DNA of 64,000 nt, from contig NC_083281.1 of NCBI RefSeq assembly GCF_963506605.1, forward strand, positions 16,554,001-16,618,000. The letters run 5' to 3'. This document shows positions 1 through 32,794 of the stretch, piece by piece (position 1 is the first letter of the stretch; each line of letters opens with the position of its first letter). Source of the stretch: Zootoca vivipara (lineage: Eukaryota). The position numbers were made by a program, and so were the translations under genes. The notes beneath the pieces were generated by a model that was given only the letters and a program-made list of their open reading frames with translations, did no database searches and had not been told where the DNA came from.

Positions 1-135
1 CTAAGCTAAAAAGGCTGCAATCTTTCAACATAGCGAAGTTGCTCAATCCCCTTGATCATCTTGGTTGTCCCTTCCTGAGTCTTTTCTCAACTCTAAAATG
101 TCCTTTTCAGGTGAGCTTATGAGAACTGCACACTA
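1..135 (-). mobile_element. Old degenerate CR1-type LINE fragment carried in each duplication unit
   Basis: Resembles the 3' ORF2 region of the CR1 at ~52800-52950. Repeated at ~10760-10995, ~24420-24655 and ~35720-35880. Confidence 0.5.
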
Positions 136-908
136 ACGTTCTCTGTCCACTGGAAGAAGCACTCAGCCTAACCGGCCCAGTTCTATTTCTGTTCAAATGA
201 CCCAGTTTCCGAGCGTTCTTGTAAACTGATATCTGAAGTGCATGTGCTCAAGATGACAACCTCCATAGCCATGCCTTTTTGAAGGCTATGCAGCAAAAAA
301 AATCAAAGCAGGCCTTTTCTTTTTAATACCAAGCCATATTTCTCCACATAATTCCCAATGGCCCTCACTGTGCTTAACGTCCAGCCTGATAAAGAAGTCC
401 TGCTGTACTCAGAGGCTTGTGGAATAAAGGAACTTTGAGGGTTTTCAAGATAAAAGTGACCATGCCTGCTCATGTCACAAATACCCACTTTCAATGTTTG
501 GCTGATTTGGTGGGCTTCTCCCTGAGAAAAGCTTATATATATATGGTTGACAAATGGTGCTGCATTCTTCCTTTGACATAAATGGTGGTGCTTTGCCCCT
601 GCCTGTTCCTGTTCTGCTTACACCATTGTTGGGGACTACTGCAATGCACTTTATGTGGGCCTGCCCTTGTATTTGATTCTGGGATTCTGTCTCTATCATT
701 GACTCCCTGGACTACTCTATCACTGCCGCAGCCACCCCTTTGCAGCCTCTTTCTCAGCTGCTCTCCTCCTAGTCTTAGACCAGCAGAGACCCTGTCAAAT
801 GATTCAGAATTCTGAGCAATGGGGTGAGAGAATTGTGCTTGCCTCTGGGACTCCTTGAAGCTCCCTTGGTTGGTGCAGGCAACTCCCTTTCACCACTATC
901 TGTCCATC

Positions 909-981
909 TGAACTTTGCTCTGGAAGGTCTTCTCTTGACCTGAAAGAAGATGTTGAGCAGAGAGTAAACAAGTTGCACAAC
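909..981 (+). promoter_or_regulatory. Putative hepatic promoter module of copy A (HNF4-type DR1, forkhead, C/EBP)
   Basis: TGAACTTTGCTCT at 909-921, GTAAACA at 964-970, GTTGCACAAC at 972-981. Conserved in all five copies. Motif match only. Confidence 0.55.
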
Positions 982-1106
982 TTCAAGAAGCGGGTTCTTT
1001 CAAAGATATGTAAAAGGCTCAAGTCAGGCTGGGCAGGTATTTTCTCTTCCCAGCTGGTCAGTAACACATTGCCTGTAGAGCTCCACAGGAGACCCGCAAC
1101 CTCCCC

Positions 1107-8087
<6,981 letters not shown>

Positions 8088-8440
8088 AGGTGGTCAGGTG
8101 TCTTGGAGAAGCAGAATCCCATTGTCACCCACATTGGCCACCTAAAGAAGGTACACACACAATCTAATGTCCACACCACCATAAATTTAGCAATGACAAT
8201 GTTTAACATTTTCCTATTTTCTGGAATTATTTTCTTTGTCTACATGTTTAGTATATTAGTATCTTGTGAATGTTTATTTTTCTGCTGCACCTCTAATTGT
8301 GGAAGCTGTAAGATCAAATATTTTGTCTTGGTTCTCTATTCTCTTCTTTTGCCTGCATTTCTATTTATAAGGCATACCCGAACCACAGCTGTAAAATCAC
8401 CCTACAAAATTCTAATGTCGTCTGCTATTGCCATGTTGTG

Positions 8441-8446
8441 AATAAA
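8441..8446 (+). terminator. Putative poly(A) signal of copy A
   Basis: AATAAA about 355 nt after the stop codon, conserved at 22180-22185 (B), 32697-32702 (C) and 50252-50257 (D). Confidence 0.6.
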
Positions 8447-8793
8447 GAGATTACAGATTTCACTTTGGAGCTGTCTTTTGACTCCACTTTCTTGTAGGAC
8501 AGTTGACTCTACCTTCCATATTATGTGCCCTGACTGTTTTGTTTTTTAAAAAATAATATTCATTAAAAATTTCCAATCAAACCAAATAATATATTCCAGA
8601 TTATACCTATAATCCAATAATCAAACAATCCCAATGTTATGCCTAATTATAAATTATTTATTTATTTATTTACTATTTAGCTGGCTTCCCATTCTTTGAG
8701 ATCAGAGGGAATCCTAATCATCTCATAGTTCTACTGCATTTAAAAATATTACAATAATTCCCTTCATATATTCTGGTGTTAACCATTCATTAT

Positions 8794-9471
8794 CACTGGG
8801 AAGTGAACTGGGGTCCTCTATCTGACATGATGTGACGAGGTAGCCCGTACAGCCAGAAAATATTATCAATGAACAGACGGGCTGTTTCTTGGGCTGTCGG
8901 CAGTCCTTACAGACCACGAAGTGGGCCATCTTGGTGAAAAGATCCACAACCACCCAGAACACCATCTGATGTTGTGAAGCCGGGAGGTCTGTGATGAAGT
9001 CCATGGCTATTGGTTCCCATGGTCCTTCTGGAGTGGGTAGAGGTTGCAGGAGTCCCGCTGGCGCTTCCCATGGCCTCCTGGCCTGCTGGCAGACCTCACA
9101 GGCTCTGACGTACTCCCAAACATCCTTCCGCACTTGCGGCCACCAAAAGTGGTGTATCACATGATACAGTGTCTTGTAGCGCCCGAAATGGCCCGCCGTT
9201 GGACAGTCATGACATTGGCGCAGCACCCTTGCCCACAGTTCCCTGTCTGGCACATACAGCGCCTCTCTGTGGTATAGTAGACCATTCTTCTCAGAAAACG
9301 GATCCACCCCAGGACTACCTTCTCTTAGCACTGCGAGTTTATCCCTGGCGAACGGGTCTGCTGTTGTATGGTGCCGGAATTCAGGGACGGCCACCGCTGA
9401 GCCCGTGGTTAACTGCAGCCGGTGGGGTTGCAATATGTGTCACAACACAGGGTCTGGGCTGGTATTCCCAT
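8794..9471 (-). mobile_element. Ty3/Gypsy pol fragment (integrase zinc-binding region + start of core), no LTR
   Basis: CHDCPTAGHFG...FWWP...CEVCQ...LQPLPTPEGPW...MDFITDLP...VVVDLFTK; frameshifted. Confidence 0.9.
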
Positions 9472-10480
9472 CATGGGCGTAGGCAGGGGGCAGGAGGGGG
9501 CAGCTGCCCCCCCCCTAGAAGCAAAAAATTAATGTATTTTACAGACCATACCCAGCACTTTTCCCCTCCAAAAACTGAAGTGGAAAAAGCTTTGCTTTAG
9601 CAAGAGCAGCTAAGTCTCCGCTTCCTGGGGGGGGGGGGACACAGCTGTAACAAAAACACATCAAATAAATAAAGCAAAGTCGCTACCAGTAGTTAAGCAG
9701 TTAAGACAATGGAGCAGATATCCCCAGGCAATATTCGATACCTGACCACTTCACCCTATTGTTATTCAGTGGAAGTTGTTAATGAGCATTCAGGAATCAC
9801 ATTAAGAGTTCTATTGGCGATTTAATGAGGGTGCAGAGGATTCAATTTGACTAAGGTGGCTCTGCAAGGCTAAAAGGAAGTGAATAAGAAAGGGGGGTGT
9901 AGCTTTGACAGTGATGTTTATTTAAGCAGGGGTGTTCCAGTCTGCCCCTCCTCCTGCATCTGTATACTGTAAATCAGGGGTGGCCACCTCCCAAGAGACT
10001 CTGATCTACTCACAGAGTTTAAAACTGGGAGTGATCTACCCCCTTGTAGATCTCTCACTTCTCTTGTTCAGGTCAAAGCTGTTGAGTTTTTTTAAGGAAG
10101 GGAAGCCCTGTTTTGGGGGGTTTATGTCAAACTTGTTGAGCTTCTTTTAGGAGGGAGGGAGGCCCATTTTTGTTTAGGGCTTCAGGTCATAGTTCAACTT
10201 TTTTTAGGGAGGAGGAAAATTTTGGGTGAGCTTTTTTTAGGGGTGCCAGTGACCTACCATTGATCTACCACAAACATCCAGTGATCTACAAATATGAGTT
10301 ATCACTCTCTATTTCTTCCTTCCTTCCCTCCCTCTTCCATCCTTAATAAAATACTAGGGGGGGGCAGATAAGCCCCACATAGAAAGCACATCAACATGAC
10401 TCTTTCAAATATGGTATTTACCAGTAATTTGGGGGGGGGGAGAGGCACCTAGGCCTCTAGGAGTTGGCTGCTATGCCTAG
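9472..10480. mobile_element. Composite hAT-type non-autonomous element
   Basis: Left end CATGGGCGTAGGC...GCCCCCCCTAGAA matches the reverse complement of the right end of the 3932-4188 MITE. Right end degenerate; no TSD. Confidence 0.55.
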
Positions 10481-10532
10481 GAGTAGGACAATTCAAGAAA
10501 GCAGAATGATGCATATGCTATGGTAATATATC

Positions 10533-10635
10533 AATAGAATCATAGAATTGTAGTCGGAAGGGACCACAAGGGTCATCTAGTCCAACCCCCTGCAATACAG
10601 GAGTTTTTTTCTAAGGTGGGGCTTGAACCCACGAC
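10533..10635 (-). mobile_element. Short SINE-like fragment with CR1-type 3' tail
   Basis: ATAGAATCATAGAAT...GGGTCATCTAGTCCAACCCCCTGC tail plus a tRNA B-box-like GGGGCTTGAACCCACGAC. Confidence 0.5.
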
Positions 10636-11801
10636 ATGGTTGAAATATTATGCTGATATGCAGCAACGCCTCGGAGCTGTCGTGACCACAAACCACAAAC
10701 TTCCCCCTCTCTCACACACACAGCCAAATAATCAAGAGGGCTTTTCTGAAATGTGTTAAAACTCCCTGTAGTGTCATGAGAGAGAAAAACTTCTCTATGC
10801 ACTTTCTCCATGTCATGCATAATTTTATAAAATTGTATCAGGTCCCATATTACTTTTTATCTAAGCTAAAAAGGCTGCAATCTTTCAACATAGCGAAGTT
10901 GCTCCATCCCTTTGATAATCTTGGTTGTCCTTTCCTGAGTCTATTCTCAACTCTAAAATGTCCCTTTTCAGGTGAGCTTATGAGAACTGCACACTAACAT
11001 TCTCTGTCCACTGGAAGAAGCCCTCAGCCTAACCGGCCCAGTGCTATTTCTGTTCAAATGCCCCAGTTTCCGAGTGTTCTGGTAAACTGATCTCTGAAGT
11101 GCATGTGCTCAAGATGACAACCTCCATAGCCATGCCTTTTTGAAGGCTATGCAGCGAAAATCAAGGCAGGCCTTTTGTTTTTAATACCAAATCATATTTC
11201 TCCACATAATTCCCAATGGTCCTCACTGTGCTTAACGTCCAGCCTGATAAAGAAGTCCTGCTGTACTCAGAGGCATGCGCAGTATTTTGTGACATTCTGT
11301 GTTGGCCCCAATAAAGGGACCTTGAGGGTTTTTAAGATAAATGTGGCCATGCCTACTCATGTCACCACCCACTTTCAATGCTTGGCTTATTTGGTGAGTT
11401 TCTCCCTGAGAAAAGCTCATATACTGTGTGTGTGTGTGTGTGGTTGACAAATGGTGCTGCATTCTGTGCAATAAATGGTGATGCTTTCCCCCTGCCTGTT
11501 CCTGTTCTGCTTACACCATTGTTGGGGACTACTGCAATGCACTTTATGTGGGCCTGCCCTTGTATTTGATTCTGGGATTCTGTCTCTATCGTTGACTCCC
11601 TGGACTACTCTATCACTGCCGCAGCCACCCCTTTGCAGCCTCTTTCTCAGCTGCTCTCCTCCTAGTCTTAGACCAGCAGAGACCCTGTCAAATGATTCAG
11701 AATTCTGAGCAATGGGGTGAGAGAATTGTGCTTGCCTCTGGGACTCCTTGAAGCTCCCTTGGTTGGTGCAGGCAACTCCCTTTCACCACTATCTGTCCAT
11801 C

Positions 11802-11874
11802 TGAACTTTGCTCTGGAAGGTCTTCTCTTGACCTGAAAGAAGATGTTGAGCAGAGAGTAAACAAGTTGCACAAC
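11802..11874 (+). promoter_or_regulatory. Same DR1/forkhead/C/EBP module, copy B
   Basis: Identical motifs at the same distance from the ATG. Confidence 0.55.
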
Positions 11875-11999
11875 TTCAAGAAGCGGGTTCTTTCAAAGAT
11901 ATGTAAAAGGCTCAAGTCAGGCTGGGCAGGTATTTTCTCTTCCCAGCTGGTCAGTAACACATTGCCTGTAGAGCTCCACAGGCCACCCACAACCTTCCC

Positions 12000-21824
<9,825 letters not shown>

Positions 21825-22531
21825 AGGTGGTCAGGTGTCTTGGAGAAGCAAAACCCCATTGTCACCCACCTTGGCCACCTAAAGGAAGGTACACACACAC
21901 ACACACATGTCCACACCACCATAATTTTAACAATGACAATGTTTAACATTTTTCCATTTTCTGGAATTACTTCTTTGTCTACATATTTAGTATATTAGTA
22001 TCTTGTGAATGTTTATTTTTCTGCTGCACCCCTAATTGAGGAAGCTGTAAGATCAAATATTTCATCTTGGTTCTCTAATCTCTTCTTTTACCTGCACTTC
22101 TTTTTATAAGCCATGCACAAACCCCAGCTGTAAAATCACCCCACAAAATTCTAATGCCGTCTGCTATTGCCATGTTTTGAATAAAGAGATTACAGATTTC
22201 ACTTTGGAGCTGTCTTTTCACTCCACTTTCTTGTAGAACAGTTGACTCTACCTTCCATATCATGCGCCCTGACTGTTTTGGTTTTTTAAAAATAATATTT
22301 ATTAAAAAATTCCAATCAAACCAAATAATATATTCCAGATTATACCTATAATCCAATAATAAAAAATCCCAATGTTATGCCTAATTATAAATTATTTATT
22401 TATCTATTTATTATTCAGCTGGCTTCCCATTCTTTGAGATCGGAGGGAATCCTAATCATCTCATAGTTCTACCGCATTTAAAAATATTACAATAATTCCC
22501 TTCATATATTCTGGTGTTCACCCTTCATTAT

Positions 22532-23885
22532 CACTGGGAAGTGAACTGGGGTCCTCTATCTGACATGATGTGACGAGGTAGCCCGTACAGCCAGAAAATA
22601 TGATCAATGACCAGACGGGCTGTTTCTTGGGATGTCGGCAGTCCTTACAGACCACGAAGTGGGCCATCTTGGTGAAAAGATCCACAACCACCCAGAACAC
22701 CATCTGGTGTTGTGAAGCCTGGAGATCTGTGATGAACTCCATGGCTATTGGTTCCCACGGTCCTTCTGGAGTGGGTAGAGGTTGCAGGAGTCCCGCTGGC
22801 GCTTCCCATGGCCTCCTGGCCTGCTGGCAGACCTCACAGGCTCTGACATGCTCCCAAACATCCTTCCGCACTTGCGGCCACCAAAATTGGCGTATCACAT
22901 GATACAGTGTCTTGTACCGCCCAAAATGGCCCACCGTTGGACAGTCATGACATTGGCGCAGCACCCTTGCCTGCAGTTCCCTGTCCGGCACATACAGCGC
23001 CTCTCTGTGGTATAGTAGACCATTCTTCTCAGAAAATGGATCCACCCCAGGACTGCCTTCTCTTATTACTGCGAGTTTATCCCTGGCGAACGGGTCTGCT
23101 GTTGTATGGTGCTGGAATTCAGGGACGGCCACCGCTGAGCCCGTGGTTAACTGCAGCTGGTGGGGTTGCAATATGTGTCACAACACAGGGTCTGGGCTGG
23201 CATTCCCATACTCGGGCTTCCGGGACAACGCTTCAGCCCCTCCATTTTGTCTGCTCAGCACATATACCACCCTACAGTTGAATCTAGAAAAGAATTGAGA
23301 CCACCAGATCTGCCTCTGATTGAGGTGGCAGGCCGTTTGCCAGTATTCTAAGTTGTGGTGGTCAGTACGGAACTCTATTAGGTGCTGGGCACCCTCCAGG
23401 AAATGTCTCCAGGCTGCAAAGGCATCCTTGATGGCTAGCAACTCTTTGTCCCAGATTGTGTAAATCCTTTCTGAATTGTTCAGCTTCCGAGAGTGGAATG
23501 TGCAGGGCCGCAAGAATCCTTCCTTGTCAGCTTGCAACAACACTGCACCAATGGCCCTATCAGAGGCATCAGTCTCTACTACAAAAGGCTATCGGGGGTC
23601 TGCATGGGCCAGGTATGCCTCAAACGAGAACAGTTTCCTGAGGCGTTCAAACGCTTGTTGCGCCTCTTCTGTCCACCGAAACGGCTTCTTACCCCTCAAG
23701 CAATCAGTGAGGGGTGTGGTGAGTTGGGAGTAACTGGGTAGGAACTTCCTGTAATAGTTTGTGAAACCTAAAAACCATTGTAGGTCCTTCGTTGATCGTA
23801 GGGCTTGCCAGGATCACACACTCTGCACCTTAGCTAGGTCCATTTGTATACCTTCAGGAGTCAGACGGTAACCCAGGAAGTCTAC
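22532..23885 (-). mobile_element. Ty3/Gypsy pol fragment (RT C-terminus, RNase H, integrase), no LTR
   Basis: FLGFTNYYRKF, ETDASD...GAVLLQ, SRKL...YTIWDKELLAI, TDHHNL, integrase HHCC; stops and frameshifts. Confidence 0.9.
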
Positions 23886-24844
23886 CGTGGAGACGTGAAA
23901 GTTACACTTCTCTTACTTCGCATACAAGCGATTCTTCCTTGGTTAGTTGGTTGGGCTACAAATGGAGATGGGCTTGGGGCCCCCACCAATAAACAACACG
24001 TTGGGCAGTCTCTACTGAGAGATGACTCTCCTGTTCTCACTAGAGTTATGGTACAATTTTTGACCAGGATCTTTGAAATTAAATCTGGGGTAGTTTGGCC
24101 TGTATAATAGTGATTGCCGAGGATTCCCTCTTTACTGTATGTTTTAGAATTATAACACATATGGACGGTCTATGTGGTTTTTATTGTCTTATATATTCCA
24201 ATAAAGCTGATGAATTGAAAATGGGGGTGGGCTCTTGTTCAGACCTGGGCTGTTCACATTTCACATTTCTGAAGAAGGAAATATTCTGGGCCCATGAAGG
24301 AGTCTTCAAAGTCCAACCTGAAAACTGATCCTTGTCTTGTCTATTCAAAAACCACAAACTTCCCTCTCTCTCACACACACAGCCAAATAATCGAGAGGGC
24401 TTTTCTGAAATGTGTAAAAACTCCCTGTAGTGTCATGAGAGAGAAAAAATGCTCTATGCACTTTCTCCATGTCATGCAAAATTTTGTAAAATTGTATCAG
24501 GTCCCATATTACATTTTATCTAAGCTAAAAAGGCTGCAATCTTTCAACATAGCGAAGTTGCTCCATCCCTTTGATAATCTTGGTTGTCCTTTCCTGAGTC
24601 TTTTCCCAACTCTAAAATGTCCCTTTTCAGGTGAGCTTATGAGAACTGCACACTGACATTCTCTGTCCACTGGAACAAGCCCTCAGCCTAACCGTCCCAG
24701 TGCTATTTCCGTTCAAATGCCCTAGTTTCTGAATGTTCTGGTAAACTGATCTTTGAAGTGCATGTGCTCAAGATGACAACCTCCATAGCCATGCCTTTTT
24801 GAAGGTTATGCAGCAAAAATCAAGGGAGGCCTTTTGTTTTTAAT

Positions 24845-25652
24845 GTTGTTATTTAGTCGTTTAGTCGTGTCCGATTCTTCGTGACCCCATGGACCAGAGC
24901 ACGCCAGGCCCTCCTGTCTTCCACTGCCTGCCGCAGTTTGGTCAAACTCATGTTTGTAGCTTCAAGAACACTGTCCAACCATCTCATCCTTTGTCGTCCC
25001 CTTCTCCTTGTGCCCTCAATCTTTCCCAACATCAGGGTCTTTTCCAGGGAGTCTTCTCTTCTCATGAGGTGGCCAAAGTATTGGAGCCTCAGCTTCACGA
25101 TCTGTCCTTCCAGTGAGCACTCAGGGCTGATTTCCTTCAGAATGAATAAGTTTGTTTTTCTTGCAGTCCATGGGACTCTCAAGAGTCTCCTCCAGCACCA
25201 TAATGCAAAAGCATCAATTCTTCGGTGACCATCCTTCTTTATGGTCCAGCTCTCACTTCCATCCATCACTACTGGGAAAACCATAGCTTTAACTATATGG
25301 ACCTTTGTTGGCAAGGTGATGTCTCTGCTTTTTAAGATGCTGTCTAGGTTTGCCATTACTTTTCTCCCAAGAAGCAGGCGTCTTTTAATTTCATGACTGC
25401 TGTCACCATCTGCTGTGATCAAGGAGCCCAAGAAAGTAAAATCTCTCACTGCCTCCATTTCTTCCCCTTCTATTTGCCAGGAGGTGATGGGACCAGTGGC
25501 CATGATCTTGGTTTTTTTGGTGTTGAGCTTCAGACCATATTTTGTGCTCTCCTCTTTCACCCTCATTAAAAGGTTATTTAATTCCTCCTCACTTTCTGCC
25601 ATCAAGGTTGTGTCATCTGCATGTCTGAGGTTGCTGATATTTCTTCCGGCAA
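24845..25652 (-). mobile_element. BovB (RTE) LINE 3' fragment upstream of copy C
   Basis: RT C-terminal ORF; TSD TGTTTTTAAT (24835-24844 and 25653-25662); empty site in the other units. Confidence 0.92.
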
Positions 25653-25877
25653 TGTTTTTAATACCAAACCATATTTCTTCACATAATTCCCAGTGGCCCT
25701 TGCTGTGCTTAACGTCCAGCCTGATAAAGAGTCCTGCTGGACTCAGAGGCTTGCACAGTATTTTGTGACATTCTGGGTTGACCCCAATAAAGGGACTTTG
25801 AGGGTTTTCAAGATAAATGTGGCCATGCCTGCTCATGTCACCACCCACTTTCAATGCTTGGCTTATTTGGTGAGCTT

Positions 25878-27218
25878 TGTGGGAATGTTAGGGATGTGGA
25901 TTAGGATATATTATTAGATAGATCCTATCCAAGTTTGTGTTAGCAAGCTTCCAATATCAGCAGAGTGACATTCCCCTTTTGTGCGCAGCAAAGCATGTGC
26001 GTTAGGTTCGCTAGAAGCTCTATAACAATAATATTATACTTTATACTTCAATATTACACTTCCTGGCAAAGTCCCCTTTGTCCCTCTTAAAAGAAATACA
26101 CAACACGGTGTTTATAAAATAAGATAGAGTTTACTTACAGTTTCAACCTGAGTTACAGCATAATCTCAGAAAGGCAGGCTTGCTTAGAAAAGTTACAAAT
26201 ATATACATGAAGAGACTACTTAGTAAAGTAAGACTCCATTTGGTCTCACTCTTGGCTGAAGGCCAAGAGAGAGAACCATCCTATCTGTAGATTCTCTGGA
26301 GATGTGTTCCCATCGAAGGAGGAAGTAGCTAAGAGAGCGAGTGACTGTTGGCTAGGGGCTTAAATCAGCTAATCCAACTCATCTGCATATCTGGAGGGAA
26401 CAGGAATTGACCTGTAGTCAGGTGTCCCTCCAGGTGAGTTCCTGTTAGTGGACACTCTAGGAACTGTTGTGACTTGTCTGCCCCAGTGTTCCATCCCACA
26501 AACCCCTTCTCAGGCAATTCACAACATTCATTACATACAAAACAAAACATAAACAACTTTATTCAACCACCCAAGAGTCCCAGCTTGACACGCAGGTTCT
26601 GGAAACTCTGTCTTGGCAAGGGTTTCGGCAGGATGTCTGCTGTCATCTCTGAAGTGCAGCAGTACGACAGTTCGACAAGTCCATCTTGTATCATCTGGCA
26701 AACGTAGTGGTACCTGACCCCAATGTGTTTTGAGCGTGCTAGGAACTTCTCATTCTGCGCCAGCTTTAGACAGCTTTGATTGTCCTCCAGCAGGCTTATA
26801 GGTTCCTTTCTCTCCACGGCAAAGTCTGTTAGGAGTTAGTCCAGCCAGGAAATCTCTCTGCACGCTTCTGTAGCCGCAACATATTCCGACTCTGTAGACG
26901 ATAAAGCTATACATTTCTGTTTATAACTGCCCCATGTGATAGCTCAGTCCCCATACATAAAAACATGCCCACTTGTGGATTTATAATCAGAATTATCACC
27001 CGCCCAGTCAGCATCAGTGTACCCAATGAGCTTAGGGTCACTGACAGCTGATAACTTTAATTTACAATTCATTGTACCCTTAAGATATCGAACCACCCTC
27101 TTCACACCAACCCAATCTGGACTGGATGGCCCTTGTGGTCTCTTCCAACTCTATGATTCTATGATTCAATCATGCTCAGTGGGACTACTCACTGTCTGCC
27201 CCAGTGTTCCATCCCACA
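25878..27218 (-). mobile_element. Internally deleted Ty1/Copia LTR retrotransposon
   Basis: 5-bp TSD AGCTT; 3' LTR 25878-26500 (TGTGGGA...TCCCACA) preceded by PPT TGAGAAGGGGTT. RNase H motifs YTDADWAG, STSG, SSTESEY, EDNQS, RSKHI, MTADIL. Remnant of the second LTR at ~27195-27218; CR1 tail at the deletion junction (~27120-27170). Confidence 0.9.
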
Positions 27219-27621
27219 AGCTTCTCCCTGAGAAAATCTCATATACTCTCTCTCTCTCTGTGTGTGTGTGGTTGACAAATGGTGCTGCATTCCTCCTGTG
27301 ACATAAATGGTGATGCTTTCCCCCTGCCTGTTCCTGTTCTGCTTACACCATTGTTGGGGACTACCACAATGCACTTTATGGGGGGGGCTTGAATTTGATT
27401 CTGGCTCTATCATTGACTCCCTGGACTACTCTATTACTGCCGCAGCCACCCCTTTGCAGCCTCTTTCTCAGCTGCTCTCCTTCTAGTCTTAAACCAGCAG
27501 AGACCCTGTCAAATGATACGGACTTCTGAGAAACGGGATGAGAGAATTGTGCTTGCCTCTGGGACTCCTTGAAGCTCCCTTGGTGGTGCAGGGAACTCCC
27601 TGTCACCACTATCTGTCCATC

Positions 27622-27694
27622 TGAACTTTGCTCTGGAAGGTCTTCTCTTGACTTGCAAGAAGACATTGAGCAGAGAGTAAACAAGTTGCACAAT
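27622..27694 (+). promoter_or_regulatory. Same DR1/forkhead/C/EBP module, copy C
   Basis: TGAACTTTGCTCT, GTAAACA, GTTGCACAAT. Confidence 0.55.
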
Positions 27695-27819
27695 TTCAAG
27701 GAGGGGGTTCTTCCAAAGGTATGTAACAGGCTCAAGTCGGACTGTGCAGGTATTTTCCCTTCCCAGCCGGTCATCAACACATTGCCTGTAGAGCTCCACA
27801 GGCCACCCGCAACCTTCCC

Positions 27820-32336
<4,517 letters not shown>

Positions 32337-32794
32337 AGGTGGTCAGGTGTCTTGGAGATGCAGAATCCCATCACCCACCTTGGCCACCACAAACACACAA
32401 ACACACACACACTATCTAATGTCCACACCACCATAATTTTAGCAATGACAATGGTTGACATTTTTCCATTTTCTGGAAATGCTTCTTTCTCTACATGTTT
32501 AGTATCTTGCTGCCTTATTTCTTGTGAATGTTCATTTTTCTGCTGCACCCCTAATTGAGGAAGCTGCAAGATCAAATATTTCATCTTGGTTCTCTATTCT
32601 CTTATTTTGCCTGCATTTCTATTTGTAAGGCATACACAAACCACAGCTGTAAAAGCATCCCTCAAAATTCCAATGTCATCTGCTATTGCTATTATGAATA
32701 AAGAGATCACAGATTTCACTTTGGAGCTGTCATTTCACGCCACTTTCTTGTAGAACAGTTGACTCTACCCTCCATATTATGCATTCTGACTGTT

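Noticed and set aside
775-1067. Recurrent minus-strand ORFs upstream of each CYP copy
   Set aside because: Recurrence only reflects recent duplication; lengths and frames vary among copies and no domain is recognisable.
24853-25854. 333-aa ORF that looks like a fusion gene
   Set aside because: A BovB RT fragment read in frame by chance from flanking promoter-region DNA.
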